DNA of 64,000 nt. Source: Thermoanaerobaculia bacterium. GTDB lineage: Bacteria > Acidobacteriota > Thermoanaerobaculia > Multivoradales > JAGPDF01. Position numbers and translations under genes: made by a program. The notes beneath the pieces are model-generated. The model searched no databases, was not told where the DNA came from, and saw only the letters and a list, made by a program, of their open reading frames with translations. Positions 46,457 to 56,698 of this stretch are shown piece after piece; position 1 is the stretch's first letter; every line of letters starts with the position of its first letter. Location of the stretch: positions 21,985 to 85,984 of the forward strand of contig JAGPDF010000011.1 of assembly GCA_018057705.1 (NCBI GenBank), in the 5' to 3' direction.

Positions 46457-47172
46457 GGCGTGTCTGGCGAACCGGTCGGCAAGCAATACTCCCGCAGGTA
46501 TCGGTGACTCCCGGAGAGCGCCAAGGTCCGCCCGGCGACGAACGGCGCGGGCGGGGGCTCGGCGACCTCACCGCTCCAGAGCAGGACCTGGGCTCCCGGT
46601 GCGAGATGCGGCACAAGGGCGGACCAGGTCTTCGCTTCGAGACGCAGCGCCCGAACGGTGACGACATCGATCTGCCCAAGGAGGTCGATTCGGTCGCTCC
46701 GGTCGGGGTTGTCCGCGAGAGAACGCACGGAAACTCTAGCATTCAGGCACCGGCACGACAATCGCGCGCGGCGCGCGGCGTTGGTGAGAAAAGCCCACTT
46801 GCGCTCCCGTGCTTCGACCAGGGTGACGTCGAGATCGGGCCTCGCGGCGGCGAGGATCCAACCCGGGAAGCCGGCGCCGGAGCCGAGGTCGAGCAGGCGA
46901 CCGCCGGCCCTGGCGGCGCCCGGCGCCGGGAGCCAGGGCAGCGCCATCAGCGACTCGGCGTAATGGCGCTCGAGAAGCTCGCCGGCAGCGCCCGGACCGA
47001 TGAGGGCGATCGTTCCGGCCCAGCGGCGGAGCTCTTCGTAGTGCACATGGAGGCGCTGCAGGGTCTCCGGAGAGAGCGGAGCCTGCGTGACGGTGCCGCC
47101 CGGCCAGTGGACTGCAAGTCCGCGAACGAAGGCGGTCGCGGTCAGAGCTGGCAATTCAGGCATTTCAGGCAT
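46453..47172 (-). CDS. rsmG: 16S rRNA (guanine527-N7)-methyltransferase
   Basis: 'LLDLGSGAGFPG' and 'VTLVEARERKWAFL'. I chose the ATG at 47172 because the track start at 47214 ('MFHVKH') is created by the parS palindrome. Confidence 0.8.
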   Translation of the reverse strand: MPEMPELPALTATAFVRGLAVHWPGGTVTQAPLSPETLQRLHVHYEELRRWAGTIALIGPGAAGELLERHYAESLMALPWLPAPGAARAGGRLLDLGSGAGFPGWILAAARPDLDVTLVEARERKWAFLTNAARRARLSCRCLNARVSVRSLADNPDRSDRIDLLGQIDVVTVRALRLEAKTWSALVPHLAPGAQVLLWSGEVAEPPPAPFVAGRTLALSGSHRYLREYCLPTGSPDTP

Positions 47173-47197
47173 GGCGTGGGTCTCGGGCTCTACGGGA

Positions 47198-47213
47198 TGT
47201 TTCACGTGAAACA
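47198..47213. promoter_or_regulatory. parS centromere-like site
   Basis: TGTTTCACGTGAAACA is a perfect match to the 16-bp parS consensus. It lies between jag and rsmG. Confidence 0.9.
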
Positions 47214-47253
47214 TCTGCGGGCCAGACCGCGGACGGCGCGGCCCGCGGCGCTC

Positions 47254-48132
47254 TCAGTCTGCCCGCGAAGGGGCCGCAGGAGAGATCCGGACTCGCTTCT
47301 CGGCGCCATAGCCTTCGCTCGCGGTGGCCACGCGCGGGTCGTCCACCAGAGCCAGGTGCACGATGCGCCGGTCGGCCGACGACAGCGGCTCGAGCAGCGC
47401 CGCTTCGCCACTCGCAATGACCTGTTCGGCAGTGCGCTCGGCCAGGGCCCGGAGCTCGAGCTCGCGCGCGCTGCGCAGGCCAGCGCCTTCCACCCGGCAG
47501 CGCACCATGCGCCCGGTAAGGCCCCGGATGGCGCGCGGCGCCAACTGCTCCAGATCGTCCAGGAACTCCTCCCCCAGGTCGCCGAGGAGCTCTTCGTCCT
47601 TGCCGCTGAGCGCGATGACCAGGCGATCCGGTCGCCGTTCGACCTTCGCGGCGAGCTCGAGGCCGGCCAGCGCCAGGAGACGGCTCATTGCGGCGGCCGC
47701 CGCCAACTCCGACTCTTCGTCTGGCGGCAGAAACGGCTCCACGGAACCCGCGGCGGGACGCGACGGGTTCTGCGCCCCGGGTGCCATCGGCGGCATCGCG
47801 GGATGTGCGGCGGAGGGGACCGGCGGCTGCGGCGGCCGGGGCGGGCGCGGGCTTTCCGGGCGCGGGGCCGGGCCTGGGGGTGCCGAGGCGGCGGGCGCGG
47901 CGAGGGCTCCCGGCGCGACCGCAGGTGCCGTTGCCGGGCGCCCCTCGCCGCGCGGGCGCAGTGGCGCTGCGGGATCGACCTCCACGATGAACCGCCGGAC
48001 CCGGGTCACGAAGCCGTGACGCTTGTCACGCAGCCGATAGGCCAACTCGTCCGGCGACAGGCCGTGGTAGCGGGCCGCCGCCATAAGGGCCTGCGGCAGG
48101 GTGTTGCCGGCAAAGAAGCGTCGCGTCTTCAT
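47254..48132 (-). CDS. jag: Jag/KhpB-family RNA-binding protein (Jag_N, KH, R3H)
   Basis: ATG at 48132 overlaps the yidC stop (ATGA). 'FAGNTLPQALMAAARYHGLSPDEL' is Jag_N. 'SSADRRIVHLAL' is R3H. A Pro-rich linker joins them. Confidence 0.8.
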   Translation of the reverse strand: MKTRRFFAGNTLPQALMAAARYHGLSPDELAYRLRDKRHGFVTRVRRFIVEVDPAAPLRPRGEGRPATAPAVAPGALAAPAASAPPGPAPRPESPRPPRPPQPPVPSAAHPAMPPMAPGAQNPSRPAAGSVEPFLPPDEESELAAAAAMSRLLALAGLELAAKVERRPDRLVIALSGKDEELLGDLGEEFLDDLEQLAPRAIRGLTGRMVRCRVEGAGLRSARELELRALAERTAEQVIASGEAALLEPLSSADRRIVHLALVDDPRVATASEGYGAEKRVRISPAAPSRAD

Positions 48133-49940
48133 GAGCCCGTCCCCTTGCGGCCGCCACCTTTGGCGGTCACGACCTCGACCTTCGGCTCGTGATCCTTGAT
48201 CGAGTTGTAGATCTTCTGCTGGGCGATGGTCAGGATGTTGTTGGTCAGCCAATAGAGCACCAGACCGCTCGCGAAGCCGAGCGAGAAGATCGTGAAGACC
48301 ACCGGCAGGAACTGCATGAGCCGCTTCTGTACCGGATCGGGCGGCGCCGGGGTCATGCGCTGCTGAATGATCTGCGACAGCCCCATGACGATCGGCAGGA
48401 CGTAGTAGGGGTCCGATGCGGTCAGATCGTGGATCCAACCGATCCAGGGCGACCGCCAGAGCTCGACGGCCGAAGAGAGCAGGCTGTAGAAGGCGAAAAA
48501 CACCGGTAGCTGAATGAGCATCGGAAAGCAGCCGCCCGCCGGGTTGACCCCTTCGGAACGGTAGAGACCCATGATCTCTTCGTTCATCTGGCGCTGGGCG
48601 TCGGAGTTGAAGCGCCCGTTCTTGTCGCGGAGCTTCCCTTTCCAGCGCTCCCGCACCGCCTGCATCTTCGGGTTGAGCAGCTGCATCTTGCGCATCGACT
48701 TGAACGCCGAGATCGAGAGCGGCAGGAGCACGATCTTCAGCACGATCGTCAGCAGCACGATCGCCCAGCCGTAGTTCGAAACCACGTTGGCGTAGATCCA
48801 CTGCAGGCTGTAGAGCAGCGGGCGGGCAAGAAAGCCGAACATGCCCAGCTGCACCGTCTTGTCGAGGCCGTACGGCATCGCCGTGAGCCGGTCGAGCTGC
48901 TTCGAGCCCCAATAGGAGGTGGCCGCGAGGCGGCCCTGCCGGGCCTCGATCTCGAGCGTGAAGTCACGCGCCAGATCCTTGTCGGTGGCCGCGATCTCCG
49001 CCGGAGGGGCCGGTACGGGTCGGGCGTCGAAGGTGCGCTCCTCGCCGGCCGGAACCAGCAGCACCGGGCGGAAGCGCGCCTTCGCCACCGGCTCGAGCGG
49101 CACCACGGCGGTGAGGAAGTAGGTGTCCTCGAGGCCGACCCAGTTGAGGGTTTCGCCGGGGAGCTCGAGGAGCTCGTTGGCCTTCGCCGGGTCGTGCGTC
49201 TCGACCTCTCCGGCAGCGCTCCAGACCGCCCGGCGAAGCTCGAACCGGCTGGCGAGCTCTTCCGCCGTCCGCGCCCGCAGGCCCGGACCGAGCAGGAGGT
49301 TGAAGCCCGGCAGGGCCGGCGCGGCGACGACGATCTCCATGCGACCGTCGGGGCCGAGGAGGAAACTCTTCTCCACCTCACCCTGGCCGTCGCGATACTG
49401 GAAGCGCAGCCGCTCGCCCTCCTTCGTCGTTTCGCGCGTCGCAACGAAGAGCGCGCCGTTCGCGGCGAGCGACTCGCCGCCCGGACCGAGCAGCGCAAAC
49501 GGCAGCGGGCCCTCCTTGCGCGGCGCGACCAGTTCGAGCTCACCGCCCGGCGAGCCGGCCGCACCGTTCATGCCCTTGACCCGAAGCGAAACCAGCGTGG
49601 CGCCACGGTTGCTGAACTCGGCGCGCAGCGCGTCGTTCTCGAGCACCTCGCGGCGTTCTTCGGTGGCCGCGACCGGAGGCAGGACCGGAGCCGCCGGGGT
49701 GACCCCGGCGTTCGCGGCGCTTGCGGCGGCGGGATCGCTCGCCGGGGCGCCGGTCGCAGCCGCGGCGGTGCCAGGAAGCGTCGCGCCGCCCGAGGGTGCG
49801 GTGGCGGACGCCCCCGCAGCCGGAGCACTGACTGCGGGTCGCGGCGGCGGGGTCGCCTCCGGCGGCGGGAAGAGCATCTGCCAGACGAACAGGACCGCCA
49901 TCGACAGGACGGCGGCAATCAGAAGGCGCTTGTTGTCCAC
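48129..49940 (-). CDS. yidC: Membrane protein insertase YidC
   Basis: 603 aa. 'NYGWAIVLLTIVLKIVLLPL' and 'GCFPMLIQLPVFFAFY' are present. The rnpA-yidD-yidC-jag order is conserved. Confidence 0.92.
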   Translation of the reverse strand: MDNKRLLIAAVLSMAVLFVWQMLFPPPEATPPPRPAVSAPAAGASATAPSGGATLPGTAAAATGAPASDPAAASAANAGVTPAAPVLPPVAATEERREVLENDALRAEFSNRGATLVSLRVKGMNGAAGSPGGELELVAPRKEGPLPFALLGPGGESLAANGALFVATRETTKEGERLRFQYRDGQGEVEKSFLLGPDGRMEIVVAAPALPGFNLLLGPGLRARTAEELASRFELRRAVWSAAGEVETHDPAKANELLELPGETLNWVGLEDTYFLTAVVPLEPVAKARFRPVLLVPAGEERTFDARPVPAPPAEIAATDKDLARDFTLEIEARQGRLAATSYWGSKQLDRLTAMPYGLDKTVQLGMFGFLARPLLYSLQWIYANVVSNYGWAIVLLTIVLKIVLLPLSISAFKSMRKMQLLNPKMQAVRERWKGKLRDKNGRFNSDAQRQMNEEIMGLYRSEGVNPAGGCFPMLIQLPVFFAFYSLLSSAVELWRSPWIGWIHDLTASDPYYVLPIVMGLSQIIQQRMTPAPPDPVQKRLMQFLPVVFTIFSLGFASGLVLYWLTNNILTIAQQKIYNSIKDHEPKVEVVTAKGGGRKGTGS

Positions 49941-49962
49941 GAGTCTCGGGCTCCAGAAAAGG

Positions 49963-50184
49963 TCAGCGACGGCCCGAGGCGGGCAAGTCGATACCGCCGG
50001 CGCCGAACGGCTGGCACCGTGCCAGCCGAACGACGGCGCTCACAAAACCGCGCCAGAGGCCCTGTTCGATGAGGGCCAGGCGGGCATATTCAGAACAGGT
50101 CGGAGAGAACCGGCAGGCCGGCGGCAAGAGCGGCGAAAGCCAGCGCTTGTAGCCGAGCAGAAGGGCGATCAGCAGACGCCTCAT
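49963..50184 (-). CDS. yidD: Membrane protein insertion efficiency factor YidD
   Basis: ATG at 50184 overlaps the rnpA stop (ATGA). 'LLLGYKRWLSPLLPPACRFSPTCSEYA..RLARCQPF'. Confidence 0.85.
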   Translation of the reverse strand: MRRLLIALLLGYKRWLSPLLPPACRFSPTCSEYARLALIEQGLWRGFVSAVVRLARCQPFGAGGIDLPASGRR

Positions 50185-50621
50185 GCCCGGCCTTTCGGCA
50201 GCAGGCTCGCCAGGAGGCGCTCGAGCTCGCGGCGAAATTCGATGAAGGTCGAGTCGGCCGCTCCGGGTTTGAAGTGGGCAATCAGGTCGTTCGCAGGGAG
50301 TCGGTGCCGCTCGGGCCAGCGCCGGTAGATCTCCCGCGCCCAACGCTTCAGACGGTGCCGCTCGACGGCGCCGCCGACCTTGCGGCTCGCGGTCTGGCCG
50401 AAGCGCGGGGAACCCTGCTCGTTGGTCACGCTGTGGAGGACGAGAAAGGCTCCGCCCTTGCGCCGACCCTCGGCGTAACAGCGGCGGTAATCGTTGGTTT
50501 TGCGAAGGGTCTGGCTACGCCTGAATCGCTCGCTGGCCCGGCCCTCTCGAGCCTGCTGAATCTCGCCAGCCAGCGGTGTCTGCGGGGGCTCCGGGTGCTG
50601 CGGGTCGCCTGCCGGCACCAC
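50181..50621 (-). CDS. rnpA: RNase P protein component
   Basis: 'FRRSQTLRKTNDYRRCY', 'FGQTASRKVGGAVERHRLKRWAREIYR'. There is no in-frame ATG. GTG at 50621 (8 nt after the rpmH stop) is proposed, and the start remains uncertain. Confidence 0.7.
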   Translation of the reverse strand: MVPAGDPQHPEPPQTPLAGEIQQAREGRASERFRRSQTLRKTNDYRRCYAEGRRKGGAFLVLHSVTNEQGSPRFGQTASRKVGGAVERHRLKRWAREIYRRWPERHRLPANDLIAHFKPGAADSTFIEFRRELERLLASLLPKGRA

Positions 50622-50629
50622 GAAAGCGG

Positions 50630-50764
50630 TCAGACCGTGAGGCGCTTGCGACCCTTGCGGCGGCGACGAGAAAGGACCTTGCGGCCGTTCTTGGTGCTCA
50701 TGCGCTCGCGAAAGCCGTGCGTCTTCTTGCGGCGGCGATTGTTGGGTTGAAACGTGCGCTTCAC
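50630..50764 (-). CDS. rpmH: 50S ribosomal protein L34
   Basis: It is not in the ORF track (44 aa). My translation is '[44 protein letters not shown]'. GTG start after AAAGGTGGA. Confidence 0.9.
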   Translation of the reverse strand: MKRTFQPNNRRRKKTHGFRERMSTKNGRKVLSRRRRKGRKRLTV

Positions 50765-50884
50765 GGATGTCCACCTTTCGTTCGAGCCTCTGCGGCCGTC
50801 AGCATCGTCGGGGAGCCATTGGAACGGTCATCCCACCCTCTAATAGAGCCGCGCGAGGCCGCCCTACCGCGTTCCGAGCCGCCT

Positions 50885-50913
50885 ATTCTAAGCCAGGGGC
50901 GGCCCGGGGTCAA
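50885..50913 (-). promoter_or_regulatory. Sigma-70-type promoter of the rpmH-rnpA operon
   Basis: The minus strand reads TTGACC-N17-TAGAAT, about 115 nt upstream of the rpmH start. Confidence 0.45.
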
Positions 50914-50976
50914 AGCACTGTATGTGGATGTGGCAGGCCCCAACGACCAGACATCTTGTGGCTGCCGGGAAATCGA

Positions 50977-51066
<90 letters not shown>

Positions 51067-51085
51067 GGTAGAGTTACTGCTTGCT

Positions 51086-51175
<90 letters not shown>

Positions 51176-51252
51176 GTTCACTGCCGACGTCTCAAAGAAC
51201 CCCTGGCCCCGAGGCCAGGCCCGTCTCTTCCTGCTGACCGCTGCGCCGCCCG

Positions 51253-51738
51253 CTAGTTGCGCAGTCCGGCGAAAAACCCCCGCAACAGCGCGCTCGACTC
51301 CTCGGCGAGGACTCCCCCCCGCACTTCGAGGCGATGATTCAACCGCGGGTGCCGCACCAGATCGCCCAGCGATTCGGGCGATCCACAAAAGCCGCCCTTC
51401 GGGTCCGCCGCGCCGAAGACCACCCGTCGAAGCCTCGCCAAGACCGCCGCCCCGGCGCACATGGCGCAGGGTTCGAGGGTGACGTAAAGGGTGCAGCCGG
51501 CCAGGCGCCAGGCGGCGAGCTTCGCCGCCGCCTCGCGGATGGCTTCCATCTCGGCATGCGCGGTCGGATCGCGATCGAGCTCCCGCCGGTTCTGCCCCGA
51601 CCCGACGAGCTCGCCTTCGCCCGTCACGACCAGCGCCCCGACCGGAACCTCTCCCAGCGCGGCAGCCTGCCCGGCCAGGACGAGCGCGTCCCTCATCCAC
51701 CGTTCGTCCTGCGCGGAAAGAGCCGCTTCGACCGTCAA
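51253..51738 (-). CDS. tadA: tRNA adenosine(34) deaminase
   Basis: 'VPVGALVV', 'HAEMEAI' and 'LEPCAMCAGA'. The TTG at 51738 gives an N-terminus of E. coli-like length before 'ERWMRDAL'. ATG at 51696 and the track start at 51843 are alternatives. Confidence 0.8.
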   Translation of the reverse strand: MTVEAALSAQDERWMRDALVLAGQAAALGEVPVGALVVTGEGELVGSGQNRRELDRDPTAHAEMEAIREAAAKLAAWRLAGCTLYVTLEPCAMCAGAAVLARLRRVVFGAADPKGGFCGSPESLGDLVRHPRLNHRLEVRGGVLAEESSALLRGFFAGLRN

Positions 51739-51891
51739 ACCCGACAATTCTAGCGCAAGAGCGCCGCGGCGCGCTCGCCGCCCGTCCGGCGCCCGCCTGG
51801 CGCCCGGAGGACCGGCAGACCGTGGCACGCCGCCAAAAGGCACATCCTCGGCTTTACAGCGCCGCCCGCGGCCATTACGATGCGATCGACC

Positions 51892-52020
51892 GAGCCGGAA
51901 GCGAAGGGTTCAGGTCCTGTGCATCGAACGGTTCCGAACCTCGTCAGGCCCGGAAGGGAGCAGCGATAAGGTCCTCGCTTCGGGTGCCGCAGGAGTGCCG
52001 GAACCCTTCGCCTCCGGCTC
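51892..52020 (+). ncRNA. ffs: Signal recognition particle RNA (small/4.5S-like)
   Basis: The conserved domain IV core is GTCAGGCCCGGAAGGGAGCAGC. The closing helix pairs GAGCCGGAAGCGAAGGGTTC with GAACCCTTCGCCTCCGGCTC. The position upstream of dnaX is typical. The ends are approximate. Confidence 0.75.
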
Positions 52021-52031
52021 GACACAATTCC

Positions 52032-53882
52032 ATGGCCTACCAGGTTCTCGCCCGCAAGTGGCGCCCGCAGGACTTCGCGTCGCTCATCGGCCAACAGGCC
52101 GTCGTGACGGCGCTTTCGAACGCGCTGCGCGAGGGCCGCATCGCGCAGGCGTATCTGTTCTCCGGCATCCGCGGCGTCGGCAAGACGACCGCCGCGCGCG
52201 TCTTCGCGAAGGCGCTCAACTGCGAGCGTGGCACCGCGAACGGGCCGTGCAACGAGTGCCCGACATGCCAGCAGATCACCAAGGGCGCCGACATGGACGT
52301 GCTCGAGATCGACGCCGCGACCTACTCGAAAGTCGAGCAGGTGCGCGAGCTCGCCGAGAGCCTGAAGTACGGGCCGGCGCGCGATCGCTACAAGGTCGTC
52401 GTGCTCGACGAAGTTCACCGCCTGTCGCGCCAGGCCTTCGACGCGCTGCTGAAGATCGTCGAAGAACCGCCGCCGCGCCTGGTCTTCATCTTCGCCACCA
52501 CCGAGATCGAAGCCGTGCCGGCGACGATCCTCTCGCGCTGCCAGGAGTTCCACTTCCGCCGGGTCTCGAACGTCGAGGCGGTCGCACACCTGCGCCACAT
52601 CTGCACCGCGGAGAAGATCGAGGCGAGCGACGCGGCGCTCGCACTGCTCGCCCGCGCCGGCGAGGGTAGCGTCCGTGACTGCGTCGCGCTGCTCGACCAG
52701 CTCGCCACCTTCGGCAACGGCGTGGTCGACGAGCAGGAGGCCATCCGCCTGCTCGGCGGCATCGACCTGGCGCTTTTCCAGAGAGCCCTCGTCGGCATCC
52801 TCGCCGGCGACACACTGGCCGTTTCGCGCCTCGCCGTGGAGGTCGAAGAGAACGGCTGGGACCCGCGTACGGTGCACGCCCACTTCCTCTCCTTCTGTCG
52901 CGACGCCCTGCATCTGGCGCTGGGCGCGGGCGGCGCTGGCGCCGATACCGGGGAGGCGGTGGCTCTCCCCGCCGAAGAGCGCAAGGCGCTCTCCGAAATC
53001 GCCCGGCGCGCCGGGTACGAGAATCTCCTGCGTCTCCTGCACCATCTCTTGGGCAGCGAGAGCGCGATCCGCCGCAGCGAGGCGGGGGCGCTGGCACTGG
53101 AGATCGCCTGGCTGCGGGCGGCCGAGTTGCCGCGCCTGGTGGCAATCGAGCGCTATCTGGCCGGCGGCGTCGCGGCGCCAGCGTCGGCGCCGACGGCGAC
53201 GCCGCGGGCCGCCGCGACATCGGCACCGCCCGCCCACGCACCGGAGCCGACGCCCCGCAGGGCCGAACCCGCCACCGCGGCGCGCTCCGCGCCCAGCCCC
53301 CCGAGTCCGCCGCTCGCCCCGCTCGCTCCGGCAAGGTCGCCGGCGACGACGGCGGTGCCCGCAGACGAGACCCCCGACGCCGCGCGCCGCGGGCCGGTCG
53401 CGCAGGAGAAGGGGCTGCCTGCGAACGCAATCCTGCGGCCCTTCCTCGAGCAGTTGGTGCTCCGCCGCCCGACTCTCGCCGCGCTGCTCGAGGACCCCGC
53501 GGCCCTCGCCTGGGACGAAACCCTGCGCACGCTGGTGGTCCACCCGGCGTCGGATTTCGCCGCCTCCTCCCTCAACCGCAACCGCGAGCTCCTCTGCGCC
53601 GCCGCCGTCGCGGCGTTCGGCGAGGGTGTCCAGGTTCGCTTCGCGCCGCCGGAATCGCGCACCGCTTCTGCCCACGCCGGGCCGGCAGCCGGCGCCGACG
53701 CTGACGCCGCGCGGCACGCCGAAGAGCGCAAGATCCAGGTCGTCGACCATCCGCGGGTGCAGGCGGTGCTCGAGATCTTCGGCGGCGCCGTCGCCCGGGT
53801 CGAGGCGCCGACACCCCCGGCGCCTTCGGCCGAAGAGCTGCCGGACGACGAAACTTCCACTTCCGAGGATCCCTTTCGATGA
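52032..53882 (+). CDS. dnaX: DNA polymerase III subunits gamma/tau
   Basis: ATG at 52032. '[16 protein letters not shown]', '[16 protein letters not shown]', 'CNECPTCQ' and 'VVVLDEVH'. Confidence 0.92.
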   Translation: MAYQVLARKWRPQDFASLIGQQAVVTALSNALREGRIAQAYLFSGIRGVGKTTAARVFAKALNCERGTANGPCNECPTCQQITKGADMDVLEIDAATYSKVEQVRELAESLKYGPARDRYKVVVLDEVHRLSRQAFDALLKIVEEPPPRLVFIFATTEIEAVPATILSRCQEFHFRRVSNVEAVAHLRHICTAEKIEASDAALALLARAGEGSVRDCVALLDQLATFGNGVVDEQEAIRLLGGIDLALFQRALVGILAGDTLAVSRLAVEVEENGWDPRTVHAHFLSFCRDALHLALGAGGAGADTGEAVALPAEERKALSEIARRAGYENLLRLLHHLLGSESAIRRSEAGALALEIAWLRAAELPRLVAIERYLAGGVAAPASAPTATPRAAATSAPPAHAPEPTPRRAEPATAARSAPSPPSPPLAPLAPARSPATTAVPADETPDAARRGPVAQEKGLPANAILRPFLEQLVLRRPTLAALLEDPAALAWDETLRTLVVHPASDFAASSLNRNRELLCAAAVAAFGEGVQVRFAPPESRTASAHAGPAAGADADAARHAEERKIQVVDHPRVQAVLEIFGGAVARVEAPTPPAPSAEELPDDETSTSEDPFR

Positions 53883-54172
53883 ACATCCAGAAGCTCATGA
53901 AGCAGGCGCAACAGATGCAGGAGAAGATGCAGCGCGAGCTCGCCGAGCTCGTCGTCGAGGCGACCGCCGGCGGCGGCATGGTGACCGTCCAGATGAGTGG
54001 CCACAAACACCTGCTGGCGGTGAAGATCGACCCCGAGGTCATGGACCCCGCCGACCCGTCGATGCTGCAGGACCTGGTGCTCGCGGCGGTGAACGAGGCG
54101 ACACGCAAGGTGGACGAGGCGATGCAATCGAAGCTCGGCGCCTTCTCCGGCGGCCTGCCGGGGATGATGTAG
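53879..54172 (+). CDS. ybaB: Nucleoid-associated protein YbaB/EbfC
   Basis: '[30 protein letters not shown]'. The dnaX-ybaB-recR order is conserved. Confidence 0.88.
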   Translation: MNIQKLMKQAQQMQEKMQRELAELVVEATAGGGMVTVQMSGHKHLLAVKIDPEVMDPADPSMLQDLVLAAVNEATRKVDEAMQSKLGAFSGGLPGMM

Positions 54173-54221
54173 CGGCCGGGCGGCGCACCCCGCCGCTGGC
54201 TCGTTCGCTCCCGTCCTCCCC

Positions 54222-54815
54222 ATGCCCGATCCCCTTCAGACGCTGATCTCGGAGCTCGCCCGGTTGCCCGGGATCGGACCGAAGACCGCCACGCGCCTGG
54301 CGCACCATCTCCTGCGCGTGCCGCTCGAGCAGGCGCGCCGGCTCGCCGACGCGGTGATCGAGGTCAAGGAGAAGCTCTTCCACTGCTCGCTCTGCAACGC
54401 CATCACCGCCGAGGAGCCTTGCCGCATCTGCAGCGATCCGACCCGCGACCGCACGCGCATCTGCGTGGTCGAGGAGCCGTTCAACATTCAGCCGCTCGAA
54501 CGCACGAGCGAATTCCACGGTCTCTACCACGTGCTCCTGGGCAGCCTCTCGCCCCAGCGCGGAATCGGTCCGTCGGAGCTGCGCATCGACGGACTCCTCG
54601 CCCGGCTGGATGGCCCGCCCCGGATCGCCGAGGTGATCGTGGCGACCAACCCCAATGTCGAAGGCGAGGCCACGGCGCTCTACCTCGCGCGCCTCCTCAA
54701 AGCGCGGGTGGAACGGGTCTCGCGTCTCGCTTTCGGGATGCCGGTCGGCGGGGACATCGAGTACACCGACGAAGTCACCCTCGGCCGCTCCCTCGCCGGC
54801 CGGCGTGACATCTAG
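54222..54815 (+). CDS. recR: Recombination protein RecR
   Basis: 'LARLPGIGPKTATRLA', the zinc finger 'CSLCNAIT..CRICSD' and the Toprim 'ICVVEEP'. Confidence 0.92.
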   Translation: MPDPLQTLISELARLPGIGPKTATRLAHHLLRVPLEQARRLADAVIEVKEKLFHCSLCNAITAEEPCRICSDPTRDRTRICVVEEPFNIQPLERTSEFHGLYHVLLGSLSPQRGIGPSELRIDGLLARLDGPPRIAEVIVATNPNVEGEATALYLARLLKARVERVSRLAFGMPVGGDIEYTDEVTLGRSLAGRRDI

Positions 54816-56135
54816 ATGGAACCCGTGCTTCCTCGAGGAGACCTCCTGCCGGAGCTCCTCACTCCGCTTCCCGGCCCGGTGAGCCGCGAGCTTTCGCGCA
54901 CGCTTGCCGGATGCGAAGCGCCGGGGATCAACACCCTGGGCGGTGCCGACGAGCCCGCCCTGGTGTGGCGGGCGGCGTGTGGCGCCAACGTTCTCGACGT
55001 CGACGGCAACCGCTTCCTCGACCTCACCTCGGGCTTCGGCGCTGCGGCCATCGGTCACCGCCATCCGCGCGTCGTCGCGGAGATCACCCGCCAGGCGGGC
55101 GATCTCCTGCACGGCCTCGGCGATGTCGCCGCACACCCGGCCCGGATCGACCTCGCCGCCCGCCTCTGCGCCCTCGCACCGGTCGATTCGCCGCGCGTCC
55201 ACTTCGCCGTCTCCGGCGCCGATGCGGTCGAAATCGCCTGGAAGACCGCACTTCTCGCCTCCGGCAGGTCTCGCCTCCTCGCCTTCGATCCCGGCTACCA
55301 CGGCCTCTCCTTCGGTGCGCTCGCCGCGACTTCCCGCCGCGAGTTCCGCGCGCCGTTCCTCGACCAGCTCTCCTCGCACGTCGACCGGCTACCGTTCGCC
55401 TGTCCGCTCGCGCTGGTAGCGGAACATCTCGACTCGTCCACGGCCGCGGTGATCGTCGAGCCGATCGTGGGACGGGAGGGGGTTCTCGTGCCGCCCGAAG
55501 GCTGGCTCTCCGGACTCGCGCGGCTTTGCCGCGAGGCCGGCGCCGCCTTGATCCTCGACGAGATCCTCACCGGTTTCGGTCGCACCGGCCGCGACTTCGC
55601 CTGCGATCACGAAGCCGTGCGCCCGGATCTCCTGTGCTGCGGCAAGGCTCTCGGCGGTGGCTTGCCGATTGCGGCGGTCGTCGGCCGGGCCGACCTGATG
55701 GAGGCCTGGCGCCGCGGCGGCGAGGCCCTCCACACCGGGACCTTCGTCGCCCATCCGCTCGCCTGCGCCGCAGCGCTCGCCACCCTCGACGTCATCGCGC
55801 AAGAGCAGCTCGCCCGTCGCGCCGTCGAGATCGGCCGGCGCATCGCCGCGGCGCTCGCGAGTGCGCTGCCGGCCCGCTCCTGCCTGCGCGGTCGCGGCGC
55901 CCTGTGGGGTTTGGAGCTGCCCGACGCCGAGAGCGCCGCGAGGCTCGTCGACCGGCTCCGCCAGCGTGGCCTGCTCGCGCTGCGCGGCGGCCCTTCGGGC
56001 CGGGTCGTGGAGCTCCTGCCGCCGCTCGTCATCACCCCTGCCCAGCTCGACTTCGCGCTCGCCGTTCTCGGCGAGGCGCTCGCGGAGGTTTCGGAGCCAG
56101 CGGAGCCGGCGGCCACCGAGGCTACCGAGCGATGA
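54816..56135 (+). CDS. Class III (aspartate aminotransferase fold type I) aminotransferase
   Basis: 'DVDGNRFLDLTSGFGAAAIGH', 'LILDEILTGFGRTG', 'CCGKALGGG'. Confidence 0.8.
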   Translation: MEPVLPRGDLLPELLTPLPGPVSRELSRTLAGCEAPGINTLGGADEPALVWRAACGANVLDVDGNRFLDLTSGFGAAAIGHRHPRVVAEITRQAGDLLHGLGDVAAHPARIDLAARLCALAPVDSPRVHFAVSGADAVEIAWKTALLASGRSRLLAFDPGYHGLSFGALAATSRREFRAPFLDQLSSHVDRLPFACPLALVAEHLDSSTAAVIVEPIVGREGVLVPPEGWLSGLARLCREAGAALILDEILTGFGRTGRDFACDHEAVRPDLLCCGKALGGGLPIAAVVGRADLMEAWRRGGEALHTGTFVAHPLACAAALATLDVIAQEQLARRAVEIGRRIAAALASALPARSCLRGRGALWGLELPDAESAARLVDRLRQRGLLALRGGPSGRVVELLPPLVITPAQLDFALAVLGEALAEVSEPAEPAATEATER

Positions 56136-56698
56136 CGCCCGCCTCTCTCAAGTTCGCTTTCATCGGCAGCCACGGCGTCGGCAAGACGACCCTCTGCTAC
56201 GGCCTCGCCGCCCGCCTGAAGCGCCGCGACGTGGCGCTCGAGATCGTCCACGAGGTGGCGCGGCGCTGCCCGCTGCCGATCAACTCCGGGACCACCGCCG
56301 AGGCACAGCGCTGGATCCTGCACACCCAGATCGCCGAGGAGATCCTCGCCTCGGCGCGTTACCCGGTGGTGCTCTGCGACCGCAGCGTCCTCGACAACTA
56401 CGTCTACTTCCTGCTCGCCGCCGGCTCCGACCCGGCGCTCGACCGCCTGGTCTCCGACTGGCTCGCCGGCTACGACCTGCTGATCCAGGTACCGATCCTC
56501 GAAGCACCCCGGGCCGACGGCATCCGCGCCGCCGACCCGAACTTCCAGCGCGCCGTCGACCTCCGCCTGCGCGCCGAGGTGGCGGCGCGCGGAATCGCGA
56601 CCCTCGACCTCGAGGCGGCGCGCTCCGCCGATTGGCTCGAAGAGGTCGAAGCCCACGCCCTGCGCCGGCTCCGCCCCGCCCAGCTCGAGCTGCTCTAG
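56132..56698 (+). CDS. P-loop ATPase (AAA_28/NadR-like small ATPase)
   Basis: ATG at 56132 overlaps the upstream TGA. The Walker A motif is 'GSHGVGKTT' and the Walker B-like motif is 'VVLCDRS'. Confidence 0.6.
   Translation: MTPASLKFAFIGSHGVGKTTLCYGLAARLKRRDVALEIVHEVARRCPLPINSGTTAEAQRWILHTQIAEEILASARYPVVLCDRSVLDNYVYFLLAAGSDPALDRLVSDWLAGYDLLIQVPILEAPRADGIRAADPNFQRAVDLRLRAEVAARGIATLDLEAARSADWLEEVEAHALRRLRPAQLELL

Noticed and set aside
50925-50965. DnaA-box-like TGTGGATGT upstream of rpmH as evidence for oriC there
   Set aside because: It is a single weak site (7/9) with no cluster and no AT-rich unwinding element. The dnaA-flanking spacers are better candidates.
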